Virus record (IMG/VR): IMGVR_UViG_3300030103_005357
Span: 1 to 64,000 of that record
Direction: 5' to 3' (one strand)
DNA from: a virus
DNA: 64,000 nucleotides
Position 1 is the stretch's first letter. The number at the start of each line of letters is the position of its first letter. Below, piece after piece: positions 46,788 to 57,117 of this stretch. The notes beneath the pieces were generated by a model, which did not search any database, had not been told where the DNA came from, and saw nothing but the letters and a program-made list of their open reading frames with translations. A program made the translations under genes and the position numbers.

Positions 46788-49700
46788 ATCATTTATCTAG
46801 AAAGAAAAAACTCTACGGGGCAGGTTCGAAAAAGCCTAAAGTAAAACCTGCTGTCCTGCTTCCCCCTAAAATAGGAGAGTATCAATTCGAATCTTCTTTC
46901 AGTTATGTTGAAACTTTAGATTTAATATCGGATGGGCCAATTGAGGGTTTAGTAAATAATAAAGGGAGCCTTTTGTTTAAAAACGAGCAGTCTAAAGGTG
47001 TTTATCTTAATGAGACTCCAGTTTCTACATCCGAAGGCACAGAAGAAGAGCCTGAACATGAGCGATCCCTAAAAAATGATACTTCCGTTTCCAAAGATAT
47101 ACAAACTTTTGCGAACTTAATATCAGGAAAATCTCTAATTGCTCATGTTACACATGTAGAAACCGATAACGTTGGCCCGTTTGGTGTAGGCGCACACAAG
47201 CAGTATTTCTTAACATTAAGAGATTTGGTTGTAGGGGAGCGAACGCCGATTCTTTTTGGCTTTGACGCAAATTTTTTTCCTGATGCGGATGGTGATGGAA
47301 TTCCTGAGTTGTTCACCGAGCTAACTAAAAGTTTTAGCTTAACCACCAGATCATATGTGTATATTACGGACATAAATGATAGAAAGGAAAACTACTTTGC
47401 GATATTCATGAACAAGAATACAATAAATAATTCTGATTTATTTGTATGTTTGTCTAAGTTTGACTATAAAAAGTTTAGGGATCGCAGTAATCCATTTGAG
47501 AAGAATGACGGACTCCTTCGTTGCGCTAATGAGATTATTAAAAAGAAGTTCAATCTCACTGGAGTAGCCCTTAACATGCTTAAGCAGGAGCCTCCAGCAG
47601 CGCACATATTAACTCAGATTTTAGAAGCTTACGATAGTTATGGCCCGACTTCTGACGGGGGTGAACCCTCAAACCCTTTTATGAGAAAGCTTATAATGCA
47701 TAAACTACAAAAGGTGTTTTCAAATCTTTCTGTAGGAAAGGGCGAAGTTTTTAAAATAGATGAGGTAGCAAGCGGTGAGATCTCAGCTAAAGAATTGATT
47801 CGTGATCTTTTGGAGGTGATATGGAGAGTTGGTTACATGATTATGTATATTCCAGATAGGGATATATTACATGGTATAGGAGAGGCTCAATTCACAGACC
47901 CAAGGGAGGTTTCTCTTATACCTACCGAGGCTGACGGCAAATATTCACCGATGTATGGCCGAAGAGAATACAATGATTTGTTGATTCCGATCTGTGATGC
48001 AGATGGAAAACTCGAACAAAACGCTGATATATTAGGAGCCGCATTTATAATTGTCAGGCTTCCGTGGAGGGGGGCAAGTGTAAACCCATACTCAATTGAA
48101 CCAGCTACTTTCGATGTTGATGGGTTATCAACACTAAAAAAGATTACAAAGTTAACGGTGGCTCAAGTACGACAAAACGCTGATATTAGTAATTTTAGAT
48201 ATAATTATAATAATGTTTTAATTGAATCTAGAAACGGGGAAGAGTATCAAGAACCATTTAGATTTTTTAATAAAATTTATATTGATAAAACTATAAACAA
48301 GGCGATTTATGGGCCTTATAGATCGTTTGGTCAAGTTCAAAGGGTAGATGGTTCATTTTTCACCAAATCCACTTTAGCGATACGTGGGCCAAGTTCAATA
48401 GGTTTTAATGAGGGTGAGATGGGGCCAGACCCTGATCCGGGAGAAAAACCATTTCGAGGTAATGACGGGCTTCCTATCGGGGAAGGCAGTAATGATAATG
48501 CGCGTCTAACTAACGCAGATTATAATTCATGGAGCGAGGATGGAAATTCATTCGGTCTAGATGAGGCGGAGTCGCCATCAGTTTATTACGTCAATAACCC
48601 AAATGTCTCTGAAGTTTTTGTTACATTAAAAGTGGATGCTCTTCGTGATACAGCAGAAGGACTCTTAAGGGGTGGAGATCCTGAAAGCAATGATTCGTTT
48701 AAGGCTGGAGACAAATTGCCAGCTATTTTGAACATTCAGATTGAAGTGGGTAAAGTTACCTCCGAAGGATTACAGAAACCAACATTAACAAAAAATTATA
48801 GGATTGCAGCCCTTATAGAAGGAACAACCCTTATTGATATAGGTAACCCAGATAACACAAACAGACCCAATGAAACTAAATCCGTTTCTGAACTTAGTGG
48901 CGGCGTACCAAAAAGTTCTCCTCTTGATAACGTTTTCGGGCCGCAGCTTGAATTTAAGGGCGGCGCTGACTTAGCTACGCCATTCCCACTGCCAAGAGTC
49001 AATGACTACTCATTAAACAATTCTTACTCTTCCCCAGAAAAACGGTATGTTAAAGTAAGAAAGTTGTCAACGGAGACGTTTTCAGTCTTAATATCTAAGG
49101 ATGTAGCGGTTCAAAAAGTAACGGAGATTATTCCTGTTAATTTAACTTATCCATTTTCCGCTATTATAGGGACAAAGATTGATTCCAAAAGCTTTGGTCG
49201 CTTACCATCAAGATCTTTCGATGCTAGATTAAAATTAATTCAAATTCCATCAAACTATCACCCAACTGAAGAATTCCACAGAAGAAAAGATAAAAGGTAT
49301 TATGATACTACGTCTGAATTCGAAAATGCTTCAAAAGAAAAGAAATCCATATATCAAGGAGACTGGAATGGGGCATTTAAAATTGGTTGGACTGACAATC
49401 CAGCTTGGATTCTATACGATCTTCTGACGAATACTCGATACGGTTTAGGCAGATATTTAGAGGAGAATGACATTAATAAATGGGAACTTTACAAGATTGG
49501 CAGATTCTGTGATGCTGTAGATTCAAATGGCGACTTTGAAGGAGTCCCAGATGGCAGGGGAGGTTTAGAGCCTAGATACTCTTGTAATATAATGCTCAAC
49601 AGTAATGAAAAAGTTTTTGATTCTATACAGCTCATATCAAAATTATTTAGGGGGCAAACTTTCTTTAGAGCTTCAGAAGTCTCATTCGTTGATGAAAGAA

Positions 49701-51310
49701 TAAAATCTCCCATAGCTACATTTAGCAATAATAATGTAAAAGATGGGGCATTTAATTACTCAAACCTAAGAAGGGATCAACAATTCAACACCGCCGAGGT
49801 CTCCTATTTAGATAGATTTGAAAACTTCACTCCGAAAGTTGAAGTTGTTGAGGATGAGGAGGATATTAGAAGCAGGGGTGTATTTAAAAACAGGATCGAT
49901 GGTTTGGGTGTGACATCTAGGGCTATGGCTAGAAGAATTGGCCAACATTTAATTTACAGGACCATTAAAGAAAATCAAAGGGTAGCATTCATTTCTGGTT
50001 TAGAAGCTTTACTGTGTCAGCCCGGGGATCTTATTATTGTTGACGACGACTTAAAAAACGAAAAATCTAACTTCGGTAAGGTTCTTAGTGTTGATGCAGC
50101 TAATCAATATATTCAATTAAGTGGTCCATTTTTTTCTGACTCTATGACTGGGATATTAACCGTATATAACCCCACGGGAGAAAACTCAATCGAACATCTG
50201 GGCGATATCGCTCAAACAAAAAGAGCCAGAACAGATACTTTTACTATTACTAGTTCGCCAGCACCCTCCTTTAATATTTACACTGGATTATATAATTTTT
50301 CAGGGTACACAGATGGTTATACAGATACTAATATTGAATCATTAAGACTGTTTTCTGAGTATGCTTTGTATACAGGTACTGGAGACAACATGTTATACTT
50401 TGGCACAGGTTATACAGGTTGGACATTTGCAACAGGTCTTGAAGAAGTACATAGGTCTTTTGTAGCTAAATCAACAGGTGTTCAGAATCTGGATCAATTA
50501 AATACTGGATTTATTTCGTCTTATAATAATGGTGTGCCTGACAAAAGAGGAGGAACAGATATTGATATTTCAGGCTTATTGAGTGGCGATCTTAACGAGT
50601 TAAATACTAGGGGTATCCTAGAGTCAGAAATAGCTCAAAATTCACAACCTCATATTACAACTTTTAATGTTACAACAGCTGGCGTTGGTGATGGATTCGG
50701 CTTTGCGAGCGGGGTAGATAATCCTGAAGTTTTGCCGTTTATCAAGTTGGGTAGCCCATATAGATTTGATTTAAAAGATGGGGATAACACCTTATATAAG
50801 ATTGACTCGATTAAAGAAAATAATCCTAACGAATATTTAGTATCTGCGGCTAAGTTTGATACTGGTAAGTTTTCATTAATTGAAAACAGTATATCTTTGG
50901 ATAGGAAAGAAAATACATACGACTTTAATGTAGCAACTCAGATTGGTGACACAATTTTCAAGAACTTGAGTGCGCCATCAGGTTTATCTCTTATTACTGG
51001 TGAAGGCACAGAAACATCCTCTTTCTTTATAAGTGGCGATTGGTCTGGGTCAGCAGAAGATGAAAGTTATGAAGTGGTTCTAAGTCGCCCTAATGGTGGG
51101 AGAGTCTCAGTTAATGTGCCAGACAAAAACGTTAAGTTTGATAATTTATTTTCTATAGGAAACTACGCTTTAAGTGTAAAGGCTATTGGGAATTCTGTAG
51201 GATCGACAAAAACCTCAGATTCGGAGTTCTCAACCGAAAGCATATTCGTCCTTCACCAAGAGCTAGAAGAATTCGACAGATCTTTTATAACAAATATAAC
51301 ATTTAAATAA
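46784..51310 (+). CDS. Tail tip / host specificity protein J-like
   Basis: DLISDGPIEGL, WTDNPAWILYDLLTNTRYGLG, EPRYSCN, terminal FN3-like domain. Confidence 0.9.
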   Translation: MNHLSRKKKLYGAGSKKPKVKPAVLLPPKIGEYQFESSFSYVETLDLISDGPIEGLVNNKGSLLFKNEQSKGVYLNETPVSTSEGTEEEPEHERSLKNDTSVSKDIQTFANLISGKSLIAHVTHVETDNVGPFGVGAHKQYFLTLRDLVVGERTPILFGFDANFFPDADGDGIPELFTELTKSFSLTTRSYVYITDINDRKENYFAIFMNKNTINNSDLFVCLSKFDYKKFRDRSNPFEKNDGLLRCANEIIKKKFNLTGVALNMLKQEPPAAHILTQILEAYDSYGPTSDGGEPSNPFMRKLIMHKLQKVFSNLSVGKGEVFKIDEVASGEISAKELIRDLLEVIWRVGYMIMYIPDRDILHGIGEAQFTDPREVSLIPTEADGKYSPMYGRREYNDLLIPICDADGKLEQNADILGAAFIIVRLPWRGASVNPYSIEPATFDVDGLSTLKKITKLTVAQVRQNADISNFRYNYNNVLIESRNGEEYQEPFRFFNKIYIDKTINKAIYGPYRSFGQVQRVDGSFFTKSTLAIRGPSSIGFNEGEMGPDPDPGEKPFRGNDGLPIGEGSNDNARLTNADYNSWSEDGNSFGLDEAESPSVYYVNNPNVSEVFVTLKVDALRDTAEGLLRGGDPESNDSFKAGDKLPAILNIQIEVGKVTSEGLQKPTLTKNYRIAALIEGTTLIDIGNPDNTNRPNETKSVSELSGGVPKSSPLDNVFGPQLEFKGGADLATPFPLPRVNDYSLNNSYSSPEKRYVKVRKLSTETFSVLISKDVAVQKVTEIIPVNLTYPFSAIIGTKIDSKSFGRLPSRSFDARLKLIQIPSNYHPTEEFHRRKDKRYYDTTSEFENASKEKKSIYQGDWNGAFKIGWTDNPAWILYDLLTNTRYGLGRYLEENDINKWELYKIGRFCDAVDSNGDFEGVPDGRGGLEPRYSCNIMLNSNEKVFDSIQLISKLFRGQTFFRASEVSFVDERIKSPIATFSNNNVKDGAFNYSNLRRDQQFNTAEVSYLDRFENFTPKVEVVEDEEDIRSRGVFKNRIDGLGVTSRAMARRIGQHLIYRTIKENQRVAFISGLEALLCQPGDLIIVDDDLKNEKSNFGKVLSVDAANQYIQLSGPFFSDSMTGILTVYNPTGENSIEHLGDIAQTKRARTDTFTITSSPAPSFNIYTGLYNFSGYTDGYTDTNIESLRLFSEYALYTGTGDNMLYFGTGYTGWTFATGLEEVHRSFVAKSTGVQNLDQLNTGFISSYNNGVPDKRGGTDIDISGLLSGDLNELNTRGILESEIAQNSQPHITTFNVTTAGVGDGFGFASGVDNPEVLPFIKLGSPYRFDLKDGDNTLYKIDSIKENNPNEYLVSAAKFDTGKFSLIENSISLDRKENTYDFNVATQIGDTIFKNLSAPSGLSLITGEGTETSSFFISGDWSGSAEDESYEVVLSRPNGGRVSVNVPDKNVKFDNLFSIGNYALSVKAIGNSVGSTKTSDSEFSTESIFVLHQELEEFDRSFITNITFK

Positions 51311-53866
51311 ATGCCTTTATACGAATTTCAGCCATCTTTTACTGTCGATCAAACGGATTTGAGTTTAACATCTACAGGTAGCGGAGTACACCTTAACAAA
51401 GCTGTTACTGTCAATTTAGGCATCTTGGATAGGGTTAGTGGAGTTGTAGAGAGCAATACAGACTTGTTATCAAACTCTTATATTAATAATATTAATGTAG
51501 ATATTCTTAACATTGATGGGACTGTCAAGCATCAAAATTTCCTTACTGATTACAAGTCTAATCTATTTACTATAACAGAGTATGATAATATCAATGTCTT
51601 TGGCCAATACACCAAGGATTTTGGCATAAGAGCTACTGTTTTGGAAAGTTCTCAGACTCACACCTCTGAATTTTATCTTTATGGTAATACTCTTGAATTT
51701 AGTGGTATAACAATTAGAGATTCAACAGGTACGACCTCTCATACTGGATCTCAAAGCAGTAAGACGGCTGTAAATGCGACTGGTCAGACTGGGATTTTAA
51801 CTAGTACTATCACATTCAATAATGATAAACTTTACACATCTTTTGACAAAGTAGACATTTACAGTTCTACTGGATCGGATGCGTTCGTTAATCAGAGCGG
51901 CCTCACCCCAGTTTTTTCGCGTAACTTAAATAACGCGCCTATTCAATCATTTAATATTCCAGAGGGTATATTACCTCCCGATACTGGTATATATCTCCAC
52001 TTTGTTCCCTATAGTCAGGTTGGCCAAGGTGAAGCTTGGACCGTTGGTCCATACACTTTTAAAAATAACCCTGTAGCTTCTAACCCTTTTGTCACCGAAG
52101 TCACCAGCGGTGACATTACAGGAGCTTTGGGCTTCACACCCTTAAGTGGTGTTTCGAGTTCCGTTAGAACGGTCACCGCTGGCGGCAATACCCTTGACTC
52201 TAGTGAGACGTTAGCGTTTACGGCGGGTTCGAATATGCAAATTACGGAATCTGCTGGTGCGGTCACCATTGCGGTAGACGGTTCCTCTCAATTACCCACT
52301 GCAACGATCCCTAACCTTGCAGCTTCGAAAATCACCTCTGGAACCCTAGCTGACGCTCGCATCCCAAGCCTCGCGGCTTCGAAGATTACCTCTGGAACCC
52401 TAGCTGACGCTAGAATTTCTCAGGGTAGCGTCACGCAACACCAAGCCGCGCTGTCTATTACTGAATCGCAGATTAGCGATCTTGGGTCATACATTACGTC
52501 AGTAAGAACGGTAACCGCTGGCGGCAATACCCTTGGCGCGGGTGAGACGTTAGCGTTTACAGCGGGTTCGAATGTGCAAATTACAGAGTCTGCTGGTGCG
52601 GTTAGCATTGCGTCAGTCTCCAGTCTAAACGCAGGTCGTTTATTAGTTGGTAACTCCAGTAATGAGGCCGCAGTGGATGATACTGTTTATATTGATACTA
52701 CTAATGGTAGGGCTGGTATAAATACAAGCAGTCCAGACTATCTTTTAGATATAGGAGGCGATACAGCTAGCGCTAATAACACAATCAGAATGGTTCAAGC
52801 TAATAATGGAACCGCTATAAGAATAGGCGCTGGAGGAGGTAGTAATGATGTAAACCTTTTGAGGGTTGATGGAGACACTAGCACTAACAAGGGAGAGAGT
52901 GACTCTAGTAATTACGGGTTCTCTCTAAGATACAAAGGTTCAGGCTCAGGAGCTAATAACGCTTTATCATTTTTTGCTGATAATTCAAATGCTGGTTCTC
53001 AAATTGAAGCTCTTACTATTTTAAATGATGGTAAAGTGGGTATAAATACAGCGAGTCCATCTCATCCGCTAGATGTTAATGGTACACTTAGGTCTGTTGG
53101 AAACGCGACCTTCGATGCAAATGTTAATGCGGGTGGAGTCATAACTACTGGCGGAAATACAGAAGCCGAAGTAAAGAGTTGGCTACATGCAGGGAGACAG
53201 TGGTCATTCTCAGGTCTACCATTCTTTAACAAAACTTCAGGATCTACAGCTCAAAGACTAGATGGGGCATTTATGGCAGATCTCAATACAGGATCTGCTG
53301 CTAGTAGACGAGCGCAAGCAGTATTTGGAGCAGGATTCAACGATATATCTGGTTATAGTGGAGCTGGTACTGATTATAGTAGAGCTATAGGAGCATCTAT
53401 TAAAGTTGGGTTCTTCATTTCTGGTCAGAATTCTGCTAGCGTTATATTTGCGGTTGGTTTAGCTTCTACTTCAGGTGTTTTTGCTGATGCTGATCCAATT
53501 TCTAATTATGGATTTGGTGTAGAGTTTAGAAGAGGTTCTGGCAGCACAACTGAATGGAGGGTATTCGCGCACGATGGAACATCATTCTCTGCTTCCACTT
53601 TTACTAGTACTGGTATCACACATTCCGTTGATCCTCGTACTATTGCTATCTACAGCGATGGAGCTGGCAACATTACAGCTTACACAGCGATGTATGGATC
53701 TACAAGTTATACAACAGCAACAACAACAGGAGGTCCAACAGCAACTTCTGGCACAAGCACATCAACCAATATGCTTGGTCTTCGATGCAACACTAACGCT
53801 AGCAGTTATGTAAGTGGCGCTCATGCAAAAGCTAGAGCAATGGCTGTTAACTTATTTGCAGAATAA
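51311..53866 (+). CDS. Tail fibre / receptor-binding protein
   Basis: Ser/Thr/Gly-rich; GRAGINTSSP and GKVGINTASP fibre repeats; follows J. Confidence 0.8.
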   Translation: MPLYEFQPSFTVDQTDLSLTSTGSGVHLNKAVTVNLGILDRVSGVVESNTDLLSNSYINNINVDILNIDGTVKHQNFLTDYKSNLFTITEYDNINVFGQYTKDFGIRATVLESSQTHTSEFYLYGNTLEFSGITIRDSTGTTSHTGSQSSKTAVNATGQTGILTSTITFNNDKLYTSFDKVDIYSSTGSDAFVNQSGLTPVFSRNLNNAPIQSFNIPEGILPPDTGIYLHFVPYSQVGQGEAWTVGPYTFKNNPVASNPFVTEVTSGDITGALGFTPLSGVSSSVRTVTAGGNTLDSSETLAFTAGSNMQITESAGAVTIAVDGSSQLPTATIPNLAASKITSGTLADARIPSLAASKITSGTLADARISQGSVTQHQAALSITESQISDLGSYITSVRTVTAGGNTLGAGETLAFTAGSNVQITESAGAVSIASVSSLNAGRLLVGNSSNEAAVDDTVYIDTTNGRAGINTSSPDYLLDIGGDTASANNTIRMVQANNGTAIRIGAGGGSNDVNLLRVDGDTSTNKGESDSSNYGFSLRYKGSGSGANNALSFFADNSNAGSQIEALTILNDGKVGINTASPSHPLDVNGTLRSVGNATFDANVNAGGVITTGGNTEAEVKSWLHAGRQWSFSGLPFFNKTSGSTAQRLDGAFMADLNTGSAASRRAQAVFGAGFNDISGYSGAGTDYSRAIGASIKVGFFISGQNSASVIFAVGLASTSGVFADADPISNYGFGVEFRRGSGSTTEWRVFAHDGTSFSASTFTSTGITHSVDPRTIAIYSDGAGNITAYTAMYGSTSYTTATTTGGPTATSGTSTSTNMLGLRCNTNASSYVSGAHAKARAMAVNLFAE
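52160..52612 (+). repeat. 114 bp direct repeats (52160-52273, 52499-52612) flanking two 54 bp tandem repeats (52307-52414)
   Basis: SVRTVTAGGNTL..ITESAGAV twice and IPxLAASKITSGTLADAR twice. Confidence 0.9.
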
Positions 53867-53872
53867 TTAAAA

Positions 53873-54250
53873 ATGAATATTAACAATAAAACCCAATTAC
53901 AATCAGACCTTAACTGTATTCAAGCAGGTATAGATAAAAGCGAAGAAGCAGTGGGGATAGCTATTGATCGCTTGAATCAAGCTCATAAACAGTTTTGGTC
54001 TTTCCCCGATGATCGTCTAGAAGCGGTATTGCAGCAATTATACGATGACAACTCTCTTAATGATTTATTCGTTAATCATAGTGGCTATGCTGTTGATTTG
54101 AATTCTCTAGCTGAGAACCATACTGATATAGTTAAAAGAGCAAGGGTAGGCGCAAATAGAGAGTTTACTATTAGTAATGATATTGTTACGCTGACTCCAG
54201 AACCTGTTGATCCATTACCTCCTGAACCCACTGGCTCACCAGATGTTTAA
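53873..54250 (+). CDS. Hypothetical, possible fibre-associated protein
   Basis: Directly after the fibre gene; Pro-rich end. Confidence 0.5.
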   Translation: MNINNKTQLQSDLNCIQAGIDKSEEAVGIAIDRLNQAHKQFWSFPDDRLEAVLQQLYDDNSLNDLFVNHSGYAVDLNSLAENHTDIVKRARVGANREFTISNDIVTLTPEPVDPLPPEPTGSPDV

Positions 54251-54293
54251 AAACCGTTGAAAATTTTGTTGGTATCAATATTATTAAATAACA

Positions 54294-54488
54294 ATGAACG
54301 AAATTAAAATCTCTCTACAGGAAAATGAAGCTAACGTACTTGTGCAACTTATTGATGTAGCAATCAAGGCCCAAGGTCTTCAAGTTGCTGAAGCGGGATC
54401 ATTTCTCGCTACTAAAATTGAAGAACAAATGAAAGAGCAAACTGCCCCACAAGAAGAAGTAGTAGGGGCAGAAAAGCAAGCTCAATAA
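54294..54488 (+). CDS. Small hypothetical protein
   Basis: 64 aa helical ORF. Confidence 0.6.
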   Translation: MNEIKISLQENEANVLVQLIDVAIKAQGLQVAEAGSFLATKIEEQMKEQTAPQEEVVGAEKQAQ

Positions 54489-54552
54489 ATTCTTTTCAAA
54501 AAACATTGACAGCCCCACCATAGATCGTTATGGTTGGGCTGTTACGTTAAAT

Positions 54553-54855
54553 ATGAGTCAAGAAATCGTAAATATCTCAGTCAATAAATCCGACATATTC
54601 AATTATGTTGTGGGTAAAGCTTCTTATGATCCAATCGAGAAGTGTATCGATCCAACTCTATACGAAACGTATTCTGATTTTATCTTGCGTCATGATGGAG
54701 ATCAGCAGGAATACATCTACCAAGATAGAGATTATGAACTGTTCTACAAGGAGATGAGTAAACTAAAAAAACTATCCAAAGGTATGAGCGGAGGCGAAAT
54801 CATTCGTATTTGTGAAGAATTAGAAGAGATGGCCCCTAAAACAATCAGCTTATAA
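54553..54855 (+). CDS. Hypothetical protein
   Basis: ORF after TTGACA-N17-TATGGT. Confidence 0.6.
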   Translation: MSQEIVNISVNKSDIFNYVVGKASYDPIEKCIDPTLYETYSDFILRHDGDQQEYIYQDRDYELFYKEMSKLKKLSKGMSGGEIIRICEELEEMAPKTISL

Positions 54856-54858
54856 GAC

Positions 54859-55248
54859 ATGCTACAAAGACAAGAATTTATGGAATACGAAGAAATATGT
54901 GAATTAGTGATTGAGTGGGGGGAGAGTAAAGGAATTTTTGATTCATCTACTCCACTTCGCCAACTAGACAAGACGCAAGAAGAGCTTGATGAAACAAGAG
55001 CAGCTTTAAAAAAGCTAAATAATCTTGATCGTCAGCCTGAACTTATGGAAGTTCTTGGAATGCCTACTTCAAATAAAGAGGATATTCTTGCAGAAGTTAA
55101 AGATGGCATTGGTGACATGTTAGTGACTATTGTTTTACTAGCAGAAATGGTAGGTATGGATAGTACAGATTGTTTGCAAGCGGCTTATGATGTAATTAAA
55201 AGCCGCACTGGTAAGATGATAGATGGGCAATTTGTTAAAGATAATTAA
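54859..55248 (+). CDS. MazG-like NTP pyrophosphohydrolase
   Basis: KTQEELDE..DGIGDMLV..AYDVIKSRTGKM. Confidence 0.85.
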   Translation: MLQRQEFMEYEEICELVIEWGESKGIFDSSTPLRQLDKTQEELDETRAALKKLNNLDRQPELMEVLGMPTSNKEDILAEVKDGIGDMLVTIVLLAEMVGMDSTDCLQAAYDVIKSRTGKMIDGQFVKDN

Positions 55249-55270
55249 AAAACATTTAAATTAATTTAAA

Positions 55271-55402
55271 ATGAGAAAAGCAGTAGTTTTTGAGAAAAAA
55301 AAGAGGATCAAGAGGAAAGGTATTCATGCTAAAAGCAAGACATCCACCACTAAAACATCCACAAATTATAAAAAACCTTATAGAGGCCAAGGAAAAATTT
55401 GA
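55271..55402 (+). CDS. Very basic 43 aa peptide ending KKPYRGQGKI
   Basis: Fills the gap between two genes; below the ORF track cutoff. Confidence 0.65.
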   Translation: MRKAVVFEKKKRIKRKGIHAKSKTSTTKTSTNYKKPYRGQGKI

Positions 55403-55432
55403 TTTTTGGCGGTTTTAGGTGTAATATAATAT

Positions 55433-55627
55433 ATGGACGCTATTATTTCTCTTGTCGAGGGCGAAGCTTGGTTTAATTGGGTTACCGCTGTTATTGCAGC
55501 AGCATCAATTATCGCCGCTGCCAGCCCAACTCCAAAAAAAGGTTCTTGGTTATCTAAAGTTTATTCCGTTATCGATTTTCTAGCTGTAAATGTCGGAAAA
55601 GCTAAGGATAAATCTGAAGATAAGTAA
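55433..55627 (+). CDS. Small membrane protein (holin-like candidate)
   Basis: VTAVIAAASIIAAASPTP..DFLAVNVGKAK; GTGTAA at 55419-55424. Confidence 0.6.
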   Translation: MDAIISLVEGEAWFNWVTAVIAAASIIAAASPTPKKGSWLSKVYSVIDFLAVNVGKAKDKSEDK

Positions 55628-55655
55628 TACTTTTTAGTATATTAAAACCTTAATC

Positions 55656-55693
55656 TCCCTCACTCTGAATATTCGGGGTGAGGGAATTTTTTT
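55656..55693 (+). terminator. Intrinsic terminator
   Basis: TCCCTCACTCTGAA/TTCGGGGTGAGGGA hairpin plus T tract. Confidence 0.75.
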
Positions 55694-55762
55694 GCCAAAA
55701 CCTTTTCACCAAGGGCAAATATTCTCTTGACAATCTAGAGGTAAATAGTGTAATACATACAC

Positions 55763-56014
55763 ATGAAGATTACAGGTAAGCAGGAAGTCGAAATTGAGAT
55801 TTCCCAAGGCCAAAGACACTTGATTGCTCTTGATTATATTTCAGAGGTATTTGATTGGGACTCAGACTACTTTATTGAGGATGGTTGGGTAATTAAGCGT
55901 GATATAGCTCACACCTCACACTCATTTGAGATTAAGAATAAAGTGAGGGAAGCGAGCAAGCGCGATCAATGTCTGTATGACATCTTCAAAACTTTGAAAA
56001 GACAAGCTTTTTAA
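55763..56014 (+). CDS. Hypothetical protein
   Basis: Preceded by both TTGACA (55727) and GTGTAA (55748). Confidence 0.6.
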   Translation: MKITGKQEVEIEISQGQRHLIALDYISEVFDWDSDYFIEDGWVIKRDIAHTSHSFEIKNKVREASKRDQCLYDIFKTLKRQAF

Positions 56015-56256
56015 CCGTTAAATGAGGAACCGTCCCCAGTGTAACGTAAACCAGCATCAAAGGGGGAAATATAGAGAGACTCGTTTTGATTTAAATCTCT
56101 GATCTTCTTATTGAATTCTCTGGAAATATGATCATCCAATTCCCTATGAGGCATGTTACCGCTGTAAAAGGTAAGGATTTCCGATCTATAATTAGTCCAA
56201 GCCTCTGAAGAGCTAGAGAAGTCTACATGTATTCTTGATTGAGTTAATCGTGGCAT
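56011..56256 (-). CDS. Hypothetical protein
   Basis: 81 aa ORF downstream of 56260..56793. Confidence 0.55.
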   Translation of the reverse strand: MPRLTQSRIHVDFSSSSEAWTNYRSEILTFYSGNMPHRELDDHISREFNKKIRDLNQNESLYISPFDAGLRYTGDGSSFNG

Positions 56257-56259
56257 TTC

Positions 56260-56793
56260 TTATTCTCCTTTAGCCCTTTTAATTTGGTCTGCGGTGGGCG
56301 CACCTTTGTCGCCTTTCTTTCTCATTTTCTCACCAGAACCACTCTTGATCCGCTCTTTCTTTTTTCTGATGTTTTCCCACAAGCTGCTATCAGACTTCTC
56401 CTTCTCCTTCTCTTTTTCCTTCTCCTTTAAGATCTCGTCATGGCGCTTCATGAACGTTTTATGATCTGGTCCAGCCATATATAAAGTCTTACCATCTTTT
56501 GTTTTGTGAGGGTGGATACCCTTAAGACCTAACTTCTTAGCGTCCTTCAGAGCCTCCTCTTTTGTTTCAAAGTAGTGCTGCATTACATTAGGCGCTGCGC
56601 TAGAGAAAAACAAAATCTTATCTTCGTCCCCAAGAACTACGGAAGCTTTACTTTCAGCATCTTGGAATTGAGAAGAGCAAACAGCAATCCTTTGCTTGAT
56701 ATCTTTGAACTCGTCCTTGGCTGCAATATCAACCATACAGCGGCTCATAAATTTAGATTTTTTTTCTCCGTTTTTAGGTGTTGGTAAAGGCAT
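56260..56793 (-). CDS. Modular basic phage protein
   Basis: MPLPTPKNGEKKSKFMSRCM and LWENIRKKKERIKSGSGEKMRKKG..GAPT modules; GTGTAA 8 nt upstream. Confidence 0.65.
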   Translation of the reverse strand: MPLPTPKNGEKKSKFMSRCMVDIAAKDEFKDIKQRIAVCSSQFQDAESKASVVLGDEDKILFFSSAAPNVMQHYFETKEEALKDAKKLGLKGIHPHKTKDGKTLYMAGPDHKTFMKRHDEILKEKEKEKEKEKSDSSLWENIRKKKERIKSGSGEKMRKKGDKGAPTADQIKRAKGE

Positions 56794-56817
56794 ACTAATT
56801 GTTACACCTAAAATGTG

Positions 56818-57117
56818 TTATTTTTTCACTTTTTTTAAGTGCGTGTTTTCAAGAACCCAAGGAATCACAAGATTCTCAACACACCTCACATAAGCTTCTT
56901 CGTCGTTTATTTCCATGAAGGCTAAACCTGTCATCTCAAAAATCATGTGAGTTGCTTCATGAACCAAGGTCCACCAGTGCTGTTCTGGATCTGTTAGGCA
57001 TTTTTTATTCAATTTAATTACCTTATCATCCATCAAACATTCTCCCCAATCTTCCATTTCCTCGTAAATAATTTTAATCTTCTTGCTGAGAATGTTTACG
57101 GAAGAAAGCCTCTTCAT
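56818..57117 (-). CDS. Minimal HExxH zincin-like protein
   Basis: TLVHEATHMIF..EE; GTGTAA 8 nt upstream. Confidence 0.65.
   Translation of the reverse strand: MKRLSSVNILSKKIKIIYEEMEDWGECLMDDKVIKLNKKCLTDPEQHWWTLVHEATHMIFEMTGLAFMEINDEEAYVRCVENLVIPWVLENTHLKKVKK

Noticed and set aside
52160-52612. Diversity-generating retroelement TR/VR pair
   Set aside because: Both copies are inside one CDS, differences are not adenine-specific, and no reverse transcriptase is present.
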